Under the pieces are notes generated by a model, which worked only from the letters and a program-made list of their open reading frames with translations, did not search any database and had not been told where the DNA came from. The translations under genes and the position numbers were made by a program. Positions 8,579 to 17,745 of a stretch of DNA of 64,000 bases are shown here, piece by piece; positions within the stretch are counted from its first letter, which is position 1, and each line of letters opens with the position of its first letter. The stretch comes from an uncultured Methanomassiliicoccus sp. (GTDB lineage Archaea > Thermoplasmatota > Thermoplasmata > Methanomassiliicoccales > UBA472), in contig CAZPFU010000001.1 of the NCBI GenBank assembly GCA_964585915.1, positions 119,515-183,514 of the forward strand. The letters are read 5' to 3'.

Positions 8579-10537
8579 ATGGAAGCGAATGATGGCGGTG
8601 AGCCCGCATTATTACCTATGTTCGATGCCAAGACCGAGCCCCATACAGGCTTGGCCTTGGAACTTGAGTCGATGCGCATCCCGGACCTGCGGGTCGTGGC
8701 CGGAAAGGGAGAGCTGGAGCTCTATTGCCGGGACCAGGCCGACGTCCCCCAGATGCTCAAGGACGTGCTTATCCGCTACGTCCCGGACCTGGTGGTCCAG
8801 CCATGCACGCCGGAGGCTACGGTGGAGGCATTGGGTTTCGCCAAGGCCCGCGGCCTTCCGGTCATTCCGCGCGGATCCGGGTCCTCGCCCTTCGGGGGCT
8901 CCATCCCGGTGAACGGAGGGATGGTCCTGGACGCCGGGAACCTGGACCGGGTGCTTTCCGTGGACAAGGAGAAGAAGTTGGTGAAGGTCCAGGGCGGGTG
9001 CCGGTGGGCTGACGTGGACCATGCCCTCTCGGCGCATGGCCTCAGGCTGTTGAGCTGTCCGTCCAGCCGGTTCTCCACGGTCGCCGGTTGGATCTCCGGA
9101 GGGGGGTTGGGCGTCGGTTCCCTGGGCGGCGGGCATCTGAGCGAGATCGTGACCTCGGTCAGATTGGCCACTCCGGCTGGATTGATCACCCTCCGCTCGC
9201 CTCAAGAGGAGCTCAAGGCCGTCTTCGGCAGCGAGGGGCAGCTGGGCATCATCGTGGAGGCCACGCTCAAGGTGAAGGAGAAGGGTACGGGAGCAAGGCC
9301 GCACCTTCTGCTGTTCAAGGACCTCGATGCGGCTGTGGAGACGGCGGAGAGGCTGCGCCGCCTCTCGCCTCTGCCGGAGGACCTCATCTACTTCTCGCCT
9401 GGAAAGCTCAGGTACGCGAACAAGCTCCTTCACGGAGACCACTTCGGGGATGGCCACGCTTTGCTGGTAACCTCTGCCGATGAAGGCTCGGAGAAGGCCG
9501 TATCGGACCTGATGGCCTCCCTGGGGGTCAACGAGGAGAAGGAATATCAGGCCCGCCTGCTCTGGCATGAGCGCTACTTCCCGATGAAGCTGCGCCGCCT
9601 GGGCCCCGGGATGCTGGGAGCGGAGGTGCTGGCCCCCATGGGCAGGTTGAAGGACATCCTGCACCGGGCCGAGGAGCTCTGTCAGGAGTTCGACCTGGAC
9701 CCGCTGCTCGAGGTGCACTTCGTGCGCGGGAACGAATCCCTGCTCCTCTGCTACTATCTTACCGACCAGGTGAACCAGTCCGCCTACACCTTGGACGCCG
9801 CGAAGTCCATGGTCGTCACATCATCCCTCATCGGGCTGGGGGCCAGGCCTTATTCGTTGGGGGTCTGGAACAACTCCTTCGCCGACAGCTGGCCGGCCGA
9901 GGAGATGGAACGCCTGAGGAAGGCGAAGGAGCGTTACGATCCATCGAACATCATGAACCCCGGGAAGTACTTCGCCCTCAAAGGCCGCCTGTTCGGCGGG
10001 GCCGGGATGATCTTCAGCCCGGCCGGGTCCGGGGCGGCCTTCGGGCTGATGGCCAAGCTGCACTCCCCCCTGGGCGCGGCGTTCCGTTCCCTGTCATCGT
10101 TATCCAAGAAGGCCATGGGGCCGAGGGAACGCGACCCCCTCGTGCAGATGGCCAACCAGTGCGCCATGTGCGGGGCCTGCGTGAGCGTGTGCCCGGCCTA
10201 TGCCTTGACCAGGGACGAGCGGGTCACCGCCCGCGGCAAGCTGTTGACCGCCAAGACCTTGGCCGAGGGAGGGGAGATCACCCGCGAGCATGCCCATCGG
10301 ACCTTCCTGTGCATGAGATGCAAAGCCTGCGAACAGGTCTGCCAGTCGAAGCTTGAACTGATCCCTGCCTACGAGGACCTGGAGGCGCGTCTGGAGAAGG
10401 CCTACGGCAAGGACGCCGCGGAGATCGAGCGTTTCGTCCGTGTGGCGGAGGTCAGCCCTCGATACGAGGAGATGGTGGCCCGCGGACTGGTGCTTGGCGC
10501 CCCCAAGAACGCCATGGGAGGCGAGCGCCGTGTATGA
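8579..10537 (+). CDS. FAD-linked oxidase (GlcD-like, PCMH-type FAD domain) fused to a C-terminal 2x[4Fe-4S] domain of GlcF/HdrD N-terminal type
   Basis: FAD-binding block VVQPCTPEATVEALGFAKARGLPVIPRGSGSSPFGGS. C-terminal CAMCGACVSVCP...TARGK...CMRCKACEQVC. No CCG domains follow. Confidence 0.8.
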   Translation: MEANDGGEPALLPMFDAKTEPHTGLALELESMRIPDLRVVAGKGELELYCRDQADVPQMLKDVLIRYVPDLVVQPCTPEATVEALGFAKARGLPVIPRGSGSSPFGGSIPVNGGMVLDAGNLDRVLSVDKEKKLVKVQGGCRWADVDHALSAHGLRLLSCPSSRFSTVAGWISGGGLGVGSLGGGHLSEIVTSVRLATPAGLITLRSPQEELKAVFGSEGQLGIIVEATLKVKEKGTGARPHLLLFKDLDAAVETAERLRRLSPLPEDLIYFSPGKLRYANKLLHGDHFGDGHALLVTSADEGSEKAVSDLMASLGVNEEKEYQARLLWHERYFPMKLRRLGPGMLGAEVLAPMGRLKDILHRAEELCQEFDLDPLLEVHFVRGNESLLLCYYLTDQVNQSAYTLDAAKSMVVTSSLIGLGARPYSLGVWNNSFADSWPAEEMERLRKAKERYDPSNIMNPGKYFALKGRLFGGAGMIFSPAGSGAAFGLMAKLHSPLGAAFRSLSSLSKKAMGPRERDPLVQMANQCAMCGACVSVCPAYALTRDERVTARGKLLTAKTLAEGGEITREHAHRTFLCMRCKACEQVCQSKLELIPAYEDLEARLEKAYGKDAAEIERFVRVAEVSPRYEEMVARGLVLGAPKNAMGGERRV

Positions 10538-11888
10538 GAGGTACCATATCCACACCGAAGTGACGCCAGGCAGGCACACGCCGGTCCCCAAGTTCCTGGT
10601 CCGCAGGGCGGACAACTGCATCAACTGCGGAAAATGCGAGAAGGCCTGCGTGTACAACGCCCACAAGCGCAGCGCGGAGGACCCGAGGAAGATGGCGGAG
10701 CCGGACAGCACCCTGTGCAAGAACTGCTTCCGTTGCGTGGTGGAGTGCCCGCAGAGGGCGTTATCGATCAAGGTAAACGATGAGTTCAAGGGGCTCGGCC
10801 ACGGGGTTTGGACGCCGGTGCGGGTGACCACCATGTGGAACGAGGCGGAGAACGCCAAGATCCCGGTGCTGGGGGCGGGATACCGCGGGAACTTCTCCGG
10901 ACCGGGCTTCGATGCCATGTGGACGGACATGTCCGAGATCGTGCGCCCGACCAGGGACGGCATCCATGGCCGTGAGTTCATTTCCACCGCGGTCGACCTG
11001 GGACGAAAGCCGGCCCAGCTGGCCTTCGATCGGGACGGAGGGCTCACAACGGTGCTGAGCCCGATCGTAGATCTGCCGGTGCCGTTCCTGCTGGACGTTT
11101 CACGCCTGAAGGTCACGGCGGAGCAGTTGAAGGGGTTGGCCGGCGCGGCCTCCGAGCTGGGAACGCTGCTGGTCCTTCCCATAGAAAGGGTGAACGAGCT
11201 AAATGGCGCCGCACCCCTTCTGGTCCCGGTCCTGTCCGACCCTGGCGACATCAAGCGCCTGCCCGTGGAGGTCAGGATGGCCGAGGTCGGCTCGGCCGGG
11301 GGATGGAGGATGACATTGAAGGAAATTCGCTCCGAGAGGCCGGACCTCGTCGTGGCCATCAGGTTCGATCCCTCCTCCGTGCCGGATGCCGAGATAGAGG
11401 ACATGGCCAAGGAGGCCGACGTATTGCATGTGCTGTTCGGCGAGAGCGGCATGGACACCGCCGGGAGGTATGCCCGGGACGCCATGCGCCAGCTGCATCG
11501 CCGCCTGGTGTCCGCCGGCCTACGGGACCGTGTGACCATCGTCTCCTCCGGCGGGCTTGCCGCGGCGGAGATGGTCCCGAAGAGCATAATCTGCGGGGCG
11601 GACGCGGTCACGTTGGAGACGGCCTTGATGGTGGGTCTCGGTTGCCACGCCTGCCTGGATTGCGGGGAAGGATGCCCGTCGGACATCCGGAACGCTCCGG
11701 CCGATTTCGTCAGGCAGAGGGTGACCAACCTGTGCAGCGCCTGGAGGGACCAGATGTTGGAGATGCTGGGCGCCATGGGCATCCGCGAGGTGCGTAGACT
11801 AAGGGGCGAGACCGGACGGGCGATATTCGAGGAGGACGCCCTGAGGGACGCCTTCGGCGGCATCGAGGGAGGTGCTGGTCATGACTGA
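10530..11888 (+). CDS. Ferredoxin-domain plus glutamate-synthase FMN-barrel-like protein; divergent paralogue of the next gene
   Basis: N-terminal CINCGKCEKAC...CKNCFRCVVECP. C-terminal block VTIVSSGGLAAAEMVPKSIICGADAVTLETALMVGLGC aligns with VTLIASGGMRTAMDVAKAIALGADGVVIGTAELVALGC of 11872-13371. It lacks the KYAQGAKPGLGGHL block. The GTG start at 10530 overlaps the upstream stop (GTGTATGA). Confidence 0.65.
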   Translation: MYERYHIHTEVTPGRHTPVPKFLVRRADNCINCGKCEKACVYNAHKRSAEDPRKMAEPDSTLCKNCFRCVVECPQRALSIKVNDEFKGLGHGVWTPVRVTTMWNEAENAKIPVLGAGYRGNFSGPGFDAMWTDMSEIVRPTRDGIHGREFISTAVDLGRKPAQLAFDRDGGLTTVLSPIVDLPVPFLLDVSRLKVTAEQLKGLAGAASELGTLLVLPIERVNELNGAAPLLVPVLSDPGDIKRLPVEVRMAEVGSAGGWRMTLKEIRSERPDLVVAIRFDPSSVPDAEIEDMAKEADVLHVLFGESGMDTAGRYARDAMRQLHRRLVSAGLRDRVTIVSSGGLAAAEMVPKSIICGADAVTLETALMVGLGCHACLDCGEGCPSDIRNAPADFVRQRVTNLCSAWRDQMLEMLGAMGIREVRRLRGETGRAIFEEDALRDAFGGIEGGAGHD

Positions 11889-13371
11889 TGGCTACGAATG
11901 TGTGCCGGAGGCGTCGTGGATACCTTCGGATAGGCTCAAGTTCGTCAATCGTTTCATCGTGGAGAGGAAGGACGCCTGCATCTCCTGCGGGCTGTGCGAG
12001 TCGCTCTGCCCCTACGGCGTGCACAAGCGCGTGGAAGGGCACGCCAAGGTGCTGCCGCCATACCATCAGAGGTGCATCGGCCCGTCCTGCCAGAAGAACG
12101 ACTTCTACTGCGTGTCGCATTGCCCGACCGGATCGTTGAGCGTTCGCCCGAGCGAGACGTTCAGCGCCCTGGGGGACGTCCGCTGGACCACGGACATGAT
12201 CCTGGCCACCTGGAAGATGGCGGAGACCGGTGACCCCCTTCCGTTGGACCACGTGGGGAACGCCGGTAATTCCGGGGGCGGCTTCGACCGCCTTCATTTC
12301 AAACTGGGGAACGTCCCTGAGAAGGTCGATTACAGCGAGTTCAGCACGGCCATCGACCTCAACCGGCGGGAGGGGGAGCGCAGGCGCATAGCCATTCCCG
12401 TCTACGGAGGGGGCATGTCCTACGGCTCCGTATCGCTGCACACCATGGTCGCCCGGGCCAAGGCGGCCCAGGCCTGGGGAACCTATACCTGCACGGGCGA
12501 GGGAGGATATCCGGCCGAGCTCCTCCCCTACCAGAAGAACGTGGTCACCCAGATCGCCACCGGTCTTTTCGGCGTCAAGGAGGAGACCATAATGCGAACT
12601 CCGATGGTGGAGTTCAAGTACGCCCAGGGGGCCAAGCCCGGACTGGGCGGCCATTTACTGGGCGATAAGAACACCCCGTTGGTGGCCAAGATGAGGGAGG
12701 CGGTCCCCGGGACCTCGCTCTTCTCCCCCTTCCCCTTCCACAGCGTATATTCCGTGGAGGACCACAAGAAGCACCTGGATTGGATCGCCTCCATCAATCC
12801 CAAGGCCCTCCTTTCGGTGAAGGTCTCGACGCCCAACGACGTGGAGATGGTGGCCATCGGGTCCTATTACGCCGGAGCGCACATCGTGCACCTGGACGGC
12901 GGGTACGGCGGCACCGGGGCGGCCCCGGAGATCGCCAAGAAGAACATCGCCATGCCCATCGAGTACGCCATACCCAAGGTGCACCGCTTCCTCACCAACG
13001 AGGGAGTGAGGGAGAGCGTCACCCTGATCGCCAGCGGCGGGATGCGCACGGCCATGGACGTGGCCAAGGCCATCGCCCTGGGCGCGGACGGCGTGGTCAT
13101 CGGGACCGCGGAGCTGGTGGCCCTGGGCTGCGTGCGCTGCGGCAACTGCGAGTCCGGAAGGGGATGCCCCAGAGGCATCGCCACCACCGACCCGGTGCTC
13201 TACCTGCAGATGGACACCGACTGGGGCGCGCAGCGCCTGATCAACCTGTTCTCGGCCTGGCGGAAACAGTGGTGCCATCTACTGGCAGCGTTCGGAATGA
13301 AGGACATAACGGAGCTGCGCGGTCGCACAGACCTGTTGAAGTACGACGGACAGAGGGAGGCGGGAGCATGA
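11872..13371 (+). CDS. Archaeal-type glutamate synthase FMN/Fe-S subunit (GltB central domain with N-terminal ferredoxin domain)
   Basis: CISCGLCESLCP ferredoxin motif. GGMSYGSVS, KYAQGAKPGLGGHLLGDK, SPFPFHSVYSVED and GGTGAAP motifs are typical of the glutamate synthase FMN domain. Start is GTG 11872 or ATG 11881, overlapping the upstream stop at 11886-11888. Confidence 0.85.
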   Translation: MLVMTDGYECVPEASWIPSDRLKFVNRFIVERKDACISCGLCESLCPYGVHKRVEGHAKVLPPYHQRCIGPSCQKNDFYCVSHCPTGSLSVRPSETFSALGDVRWTTDMILATWKMAETGDPLPLDHVGNAGNSGGGFDRLHFKLGNVPEKVDYSEFSTAIDLNRREGERRRIAIPVYGGGMSYGSVSLHTMVARAKAAQAWGTYTCTGEGGYPAELLPYQKNVVTQIATGLFGVKEETIMRTPMVEFKYAQGAKPGLGGHLLGDKNTPLVAKMREAVPGTSLFSPFPFHSVYSVEDHKKHLDWIASINPKALLSVKVSTPNDVEMVAIGSYYAGAHIVHLDGGYGGTGAAPEIAKKNIAMPIEYAIPKVHRFLTNEGVRESVTLIASGGMRTAMDVAKAIALGADGVVIGTAELVALGCVRCGNCESGRGCPRGIATTDPVLYLQMDTDWGAQRLINLFSAWRKQWCHLLAAFGMKDITELRGRTDLLKYDGQREAGA

Positions 13372-15956
13372 AAGGGAACGTCGACGCGATCATCGGATCC
13401 AGGGAATGGATGAAGGGGTGCCGCCCCAAGCTCAACCGGCTGCAGATGGAAGCGGAAGGCGGATGTGGAGTGGTCGGTCTGGCCGCTTCGATCGGACTTC
13501 CCGGAAAGCATATATTGGAACCGCTGGTGCAGATGCACAACCGCGGTAACGGGAAGGGCGGGGGGATCGCCGCCGTAGGGCTAGACCATGAGCAGCTGGG
13601 CGTCCCCGAGGACGTGCTCAGGGACCATTACCTGGTCCAGGTGGCCTACGTGGACCCGTCCTACAGGCAGGAGCTGGAGAAGGTCATCGACGAACGGTAT
13701 GCGGTGCATACCCGATACCAGGTCGCGGAGAGCGAGGACCCGTTCGTTCTGAGCGCGCTGCCTGTGCGCCCGCCGCAGGTGTGGCGCTACTTCTGCCGCG
13801 CCAGGCCGGAAAGGTTAGCGGCGTTCGTGCAGGAGCGCGGCCTGGGAAGCATGGACGCCAGGAAGGCCGAGGACGAGTACGTCTACCAGACCAGCTTCGC
13901 CATCAACCACCGCTTCTACGTCAAGGAGGGTATGAAGGCCTTCGTCATGTCCCATGGCCGGGACATGATCATCATGAAGGTGGTCGGCTACGCCGAGGAC
14001 GTCATACGGTTCTATCGGCTGGAGGAGTTCACCGCCCACATCTGGATCGGACATCAGAGGTATCCCACCAAGGGCAGGGTGTGGCACCCGGGCGGGGCGC
14101 ATCCCTTCATGGGCCTGGACGAGGGATTGGTCCACAACGGCGACTTCGCCAACTATCATTCGGTGAGCGAATATTTGGCGCAGAAGAACGTCGTGCCCTT
14201 GTTCCTCACGGACACCGAGGTATCGGTGCTCCTGTTCGATCTGCTCAATCGGACGTATGGCTATCCGCTCGAATACATAATCGAGGCGTTGGCACCCACC
14301 ACCGAAAGGGACTTCCACGCCCTGCCGGAGGACAAGAAGCCCCTCTACCAGGCCATCCAACGGGCCCACATACACGGCTCCCCGGACGGTCCTTGGTTCT
14401 TCATTATCGCCCGCAACCAGTTCTATGAGGGCAAGTTCCAGCTGATCGGCATCACCGACACGGCCATGCTGCGACCCCAGGTCTTCGCCCTGGTGGAAGG
14501 AGAGGTGCAGATCGGGCTCATCGGCTCGGAGAAGCAGGCCATCGATTCCGCATTGCGCTCGATAGCCATGGACCACCCCTCGGTCCCAAGGCAGGCCGAT
14601 GCGTACTGGAACGCCCGCGGGGGCAGCCATACCGACGGAGGGGCCTTCATCTTCGATCTGGTAAAGGACGGCGACGGGAGGAGATTGAACGTGGCCAACA
14701 AGTTCGGCGCGCCGGTGCGCGTCGACCTGTCGTACGACAGGCAGGAGGACCTTCTGCTGTCCCGACCGTTGATCCCCGGCGGTACGGACCAATTGCTGGA
14801 TGTCGAATCTTCCGGAATGTTCGACCGCTTCCTGAAGGCCCTGCCGGGCATGGACGCCGCCGCCTTCCGGAGGCTGATGCAGGCCGCGGTGGTCAAGGCC
14901 GGTGGCGGGGAGAAAGAGATGCGCGCCGTTCTCTCGCTGCTGACCGATATGATCGACCGCAGGTACCCCAGCGGAAGGCTGAGACGCAGCCGAATCACCG
15001 ACAAGGCCCTGGAAGCGATCAATTTGGTGCTGAGAGCAGTGCCGAAGGCGCCCCAGGTGAGCGGAGGGTTCACTCTGGTGGACCATTCCAATCGCACCGA
15101 TATCCCGTCCTGCGCCGACGGTGGTACGTTGGTCGCGGACTGTCGCGGCTTCCCCATGGAGGGCGAGGAAGGGACCTCCTTCGTCATCCGTGACGCGTTC
15201 GCCAAGGGATGGCGTCATGTGATGGTGATCGACTCCCACGGGCAGCGCTTCTTCGGATGCGGGCTCGGTCAGGACTCCCAAGGGATGCGCATAGAGGTCT
15301 ATGGCACCCCGGGCGACTATCTCGCATCGGGGCTGGCCGGGGCCATCGTCGAGGTGCACGGCAACGCCCAGGACCAGCTCGGACAGATATTCGCCTCCGG
15401 GAAGCTGATAGTGCATGGTGACGTCGGGCAGACCTTCATGTACGGGGCCAAGGGCGGGGAGGCCTATGTCATGGGCAACGCCGCCGGCCGGCCGCTGATC
15501 AACGCGGTCGGTAAGCCCAGAGTGGTCATAAACGGCACATGCCTGGACTACCTGGCGGAATCGTTCATGGCCGGGGACCCCCTGAACGGCGGCGGCTTCG
15601 TGGTGCTGAACGGCATGACCTTCGACCCGTCCGGGAACCCGGTGGACCTGCCAACTCCCTATCCGGGAAGCAACCTGTTCTCCCTGGCCTCGGGCGGCGC
15701 CATATATGTGCGGGACCCGGAGCGGAAGGTCACCATCGACCAGCTGAACGGAGGTCGCTTCGGCCGGATGACGGAGGATGATTGGAGGACCATACTGCCC
15801 TACCTGCAGGAGAACGAAAGGCTGTTCGGGGTGCCGTTGCAGGGCTTTCTGCTAAGGACCGGCGGGAAGGTAGCTCGTCCCACGCAGGTTTACCGCAAGA
15901 TCGAACCATCAACTGCCAGGGGGGCGCCCGAGGGGTCTCTGGACGACGAGATCTGA
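13368..15956 (+). CDS. Class II (Ntn) glutamine amidotransferase domain fused to a GXGXG (GltB C-terminal / FwdC-like) domain
   Basis: Putative propeptide then catalytic Cys in EAEGGCGVVGL; HQRYPTKG; HNGDFANY. C-terminal beta-helix repeats GQRFFGCGLG...VYGTPGDYLASGLAG...VHGNAQDQLGQ...VHGDVGQTFMYGAKGG...VMGNAAGRP. The ATG at 13368 overlaps the upstream stop (ATGA). The ORF-track 5' extension to 12780 is rejected. Confidence 0.8.
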   Translation: MKGNVDAIIGSREWMKGCRPKLNRLQMEAEGGCGVVGLAASIGLPGKHILEPLVQMHNRGNGKGGGIAAVGLDHEQLGVPEDVLRDHYLVQVAYVDPSYRQELEKVIDERYAVHTRYQVAESEDPFVLSALPVRPPQVWRYFCRARPERLAAFVQERGLGSMDARKAEDEYVYQTSFAINHRFYVKEGMKAFVMSHGRDMIIMKVVGYAEDVIRFYRLEEFTAHIWIGHQRYPTKGRVWHPGGAHPFMGLDEGLVHNGDFANYHSVSEYLAQKNVVPLFLTDTEVSVLLFDLLNRTYGYPLEYIIEALAPTTERDFHALPEDKKPLYQAIQRAHIHGSPDGPWFFIIARNQFYEGKFQLIGITDTAMLRPQVFALVEGEVQIGLIGSEKQAIDSALRSIAMDHPSVPRQADAYWNARGGSHTDGGAFIFDLVKDGDGRRLNVANKFGAPVRVDLSYDRQEDLLLSRPLIPGGTDQLLDVESSGMFDRFLKALPGMDAAAFRRLMQAAVVKAGGGEKEMRAVLSLLTDMIDRRYPSGRLRRSRITDKALEAINLVLRAVPKAPQVSGGFTLVDHSNRTDIPSCADGGTLVADCRGFPMEGEEGTSFVIRDAFAKGWRHVMVIDSHGQRFFGCGLGQDSQGMRIEVYGTPGDYLASGLAGAIVEVHGNAQDQLGQIFASGKLIVHGDVGQTFMYGAKGGEAYVMGNAAGRPLINAVGKPRVVINGTCLDYLAESFMAGDPLNGGGFVVLNGMTFDPSGNPVDLPTPYPGSNLFSLASGGAIYVRDPERKVTIDQLNGGRFGRMTEDDWRTILPYLQENERLFGVPLQGFLLRTGGKVARPTQVYRKIEPSTARGAPEGSLDDEI

Positions 15957-15983
15957 GGGAAATCCTCTTGAACCTCCGCGGTC

Positions 15984-16709
15984 ATGATGGACGGGATGAG
16001 CGGAGCGGAGGCGGGGGATGGCTGGATGGACCGGCTGATGTTCGAACACCTCAGCCCCACCCAGGCCGCGGTGGAGTTCTTCTACGGGCTGCTGATGGCC
16101 ATGACCCTCAGCAACACCCTGCGCCTGGCCTTGCTGGGTAGCTCCGCGGTCGACGTGGTGTTCGTCGTCTCGGTGGCGATGATCGGCTGCAACACCGCCT
16201 GGGGCATCGCCGACGGGGCGGTCAGCGTGCTCACCTCGCACTTCCAGAACCTGTACTACTACCGCAAGGTCAAGCAGATCAAGGACGGCAAGGACCACGA
16301 GGCGGCGAGGGAGCTGGCCTCGGAAGTGCTCTCGGAGGCGCTCACCGAGATCCACGAGGACATCCTGGACGAGGAGACGCGGAAGCGCATGGCCGACGTG
16401 GCGATTCAGTCGATAAAGCGCAAGGACATCGCCAAGCCCGTGGTCGGCCACTCGCAATGGATGGCCGCGGTGTGGTGCGTCATCCTGAACATCGCGGCCG
16501 CGTTGCCGTTCATCGTCATATACCAGATGGCGCTGTTCCTGGACCTTAACCTGGTCACCCTCATCGCCAACATCGCCGGGGCGGTGCTCCTCTTCTCCCT
16601 CGGGCGTTTCCTGGACCGCCGTTTGGGCGATGGCAGCGGACGCACCGGATTGGTCATGGTCGGGCTGGGCATGCTGATGCTGGCGATCATCGTCGCCCTG
16701 GGCGGGTGA
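15984..16709 (+). CDS. Integral membrane protein of unknown function (about 5 TM, with a charged helical insert between TM2 and TM3)
   Basis: Hydrophobic segments FFYGLLMAMTLSNTLRLALL, VVFVVSVAMIGCNTAWGIADGAV, AAVWCVILNIAAALPFIVIY, LVTLIANIAGAVLLFSLG, LVMVGLGMLMLAIIVALGG. GC3-rich codon usage. Confidence 0.6.
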   Translation: MMDGMSGAEAGDGWMDRLMFEHLSPTQAAVEFFYGLLMAMTLSNTLRLALLGSSAVDVVFVVSVAMIGCNTAWGIADGAVSVLTSHFQNLYYYRKVKQIKDGKDHEAARELASEVLSEALTEIHEDILDEETRKRMADVAIQSIKRKDIAKPVVGHSQWMAAVWCVILNIAAALPFIVIYQMALFLDLNLVTLIANIAGAVLLFSLGRFLDRRLGDGSGRTGLVMVGLGMLMLAIIVALGG

Positions 16710-16758
16710 TGGCAAGTTATTTGTGCGCGCACGCCAAAGTGATAACGAGGTGCGCAAG

Positions 16759-17301
16759 ATGTTCGCCTACAACCTCCTGGTGACCTTTCACGGCAACCAG
16801 AGAGGCCACTCCGAGCTGGAAGTGCGGGAGCGGATGAAGGAACTGGGAGCATACGTGGAGCGGCTGGAGACCTGCGAGGTGGAGGGGGTGTTCCTGGTGC
16901 AGGCGGGAGGGGACGCCAAGGTCCTGGTCTCACAGCTCAAGCGCCTGTGCCACGAGGACCCGGTGGGGTTCCAGTACACCCACCACTGGGTCCCCATCGA
17001 GAGGTGGCTCCCTTCGAACAAGGAGGAGATCAGGAAGAACGCGGTGGAGCTGGGCAATGGCATCGGAACTGACGAAACTTGGATGATGCACCTGCACAAG
17101 CGCCATATGACGGAGCACTACGACGACCTGATCGCCTACCTTACCGAGCCGCTTAACCGCGGCAGGGTGGACCTGACCGATCCAGACCGCATACTGGCCG
17201 TGGAGATCCTGGGAAAGAACACCGGCATGTCCTTGCTGAACAGGCACGAGCTGCTGGATGTGAACAAGGTCAGGGTGGAGTCCGGACACGGCAAGGTGTG
17301 A
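16759..17301 (+). CDS. THUMP-domain (putative RNA-binding) protein
   Basis: N-terminus FAYNLLVTFHG and C-terminal GRVDLTDPDRILAVEILGKNTGMSLL match the stand-alone archaeal THUMP pattern. ATG at 16759 is preferred over the ORF-track start at 16723. Confidence 0.65.
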   Translation: MFAYNLLVTFHGNQRGHSELEVRERMKELGAYVERLETCEVEGVFLVQAGGDAKVLVSQLKRLCHEDPVGFQYTHHWVPIERWLPSNKEEIRKNAVELGNGIGTDETWMMHLHKRHMTEHYDDLIAYLTEPLNRGRVDLTDPDRILAVEILGKNTGMSLLNRHELLDVNKVRVESGHGKV

Positions 17302-17492
17302 GCGGGACTTGTCCTGAGCTCTTGAACAGCGGAGGCTTTGTCTCTCTCGCGGCAATAGAGCATTTGAGCTTGCTTTAACCGTTCCTTGAGACGTTTGCGC
17401 ACATTGATTATTATTCATTAGACAAAATCTCTGTGATAGCGTGCCATAAAAATAATTTTCATGCATTATAAAATTAAATCGACGGACCGCAA

Positions 17493-17512
17493 TCTATAAT
17501 AAATAAAAAAAA
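17493..17512 (+). promoter_or_regulatory. TATA-like element of a probably leaderless transcript
   Basis: TCTATAATAAATAAAAAAAA lies 15-34 nt upstream of the ATG at 17527, inside a roughly 120-nt AT-rich tract (about 17400-17520). Confidence 0.45.
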
Positions 17513-17526
17513 TTCTCCCGCTTCTC

Positions 17527-17745
17527 ATGGTATCCCCACAAGTAGAGAAGTTGTTCACCGCTCTGGTCAAGGCCGGAGCGACCGCCGAGGACAAGGCCGT
17601 TAGCGCCGAGAAGGCCACCTCCCTGTCCAAGCTGCCCAAGGCCCAGTGCATGAACGCCATCCAGGAACTGAAGAAGCTTGGCGCGCTCAAGGACAAGAAG
17701 AACAACAATTCTGTCTATTACTATCTGGTGAAAACTTCGCTGTGA
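17527..17745 (+). CDS. Small lysine-rich protein (72 aa), possibly winged-helix DNA-binding
   Basis: Coding-like codon usage and a strong upstream TATA. The pattern LPKAQCMNAIQELKKLGALKDKKNNNSVYYYLV resembles helix3-wing of a wHTH. No family recognised. Confidence 0.5.
   Translation: MVSPQVEKLFTALVKAGATAEDKAVSAEKATSLSKLPKAQCMNAIQELKKLGALKDKKNNNSVYYYLVKTSL

Noticed and set aside
12780-13367. A 196-codon N-terminal extension of the GATase::GXGXG gene, as listed in the ORF track (1058 aa).
   Set aside because: The extension is the wrong-frame shadow of the FMN-subunit gene and is Arg/Gly/His-rich. The ATG at 13368 forms an ATGA overlap with the upstream stop, and the recognisable amidotransferase sequence begins just downstream of it.
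15984-16709. VIT1/CCC1 iron-transporter assignment for the 241-aa membrane protein. The topology (5 TM with an acidic helical insert after TM2) looks similar.
   Set aside because: I could not find the family's conserved TM1 signature (GANDGLVS-like) in the expected place. Only a weak WGIADGAVSVL occurs, in TM2. It is kept as an unknown membrane protein.
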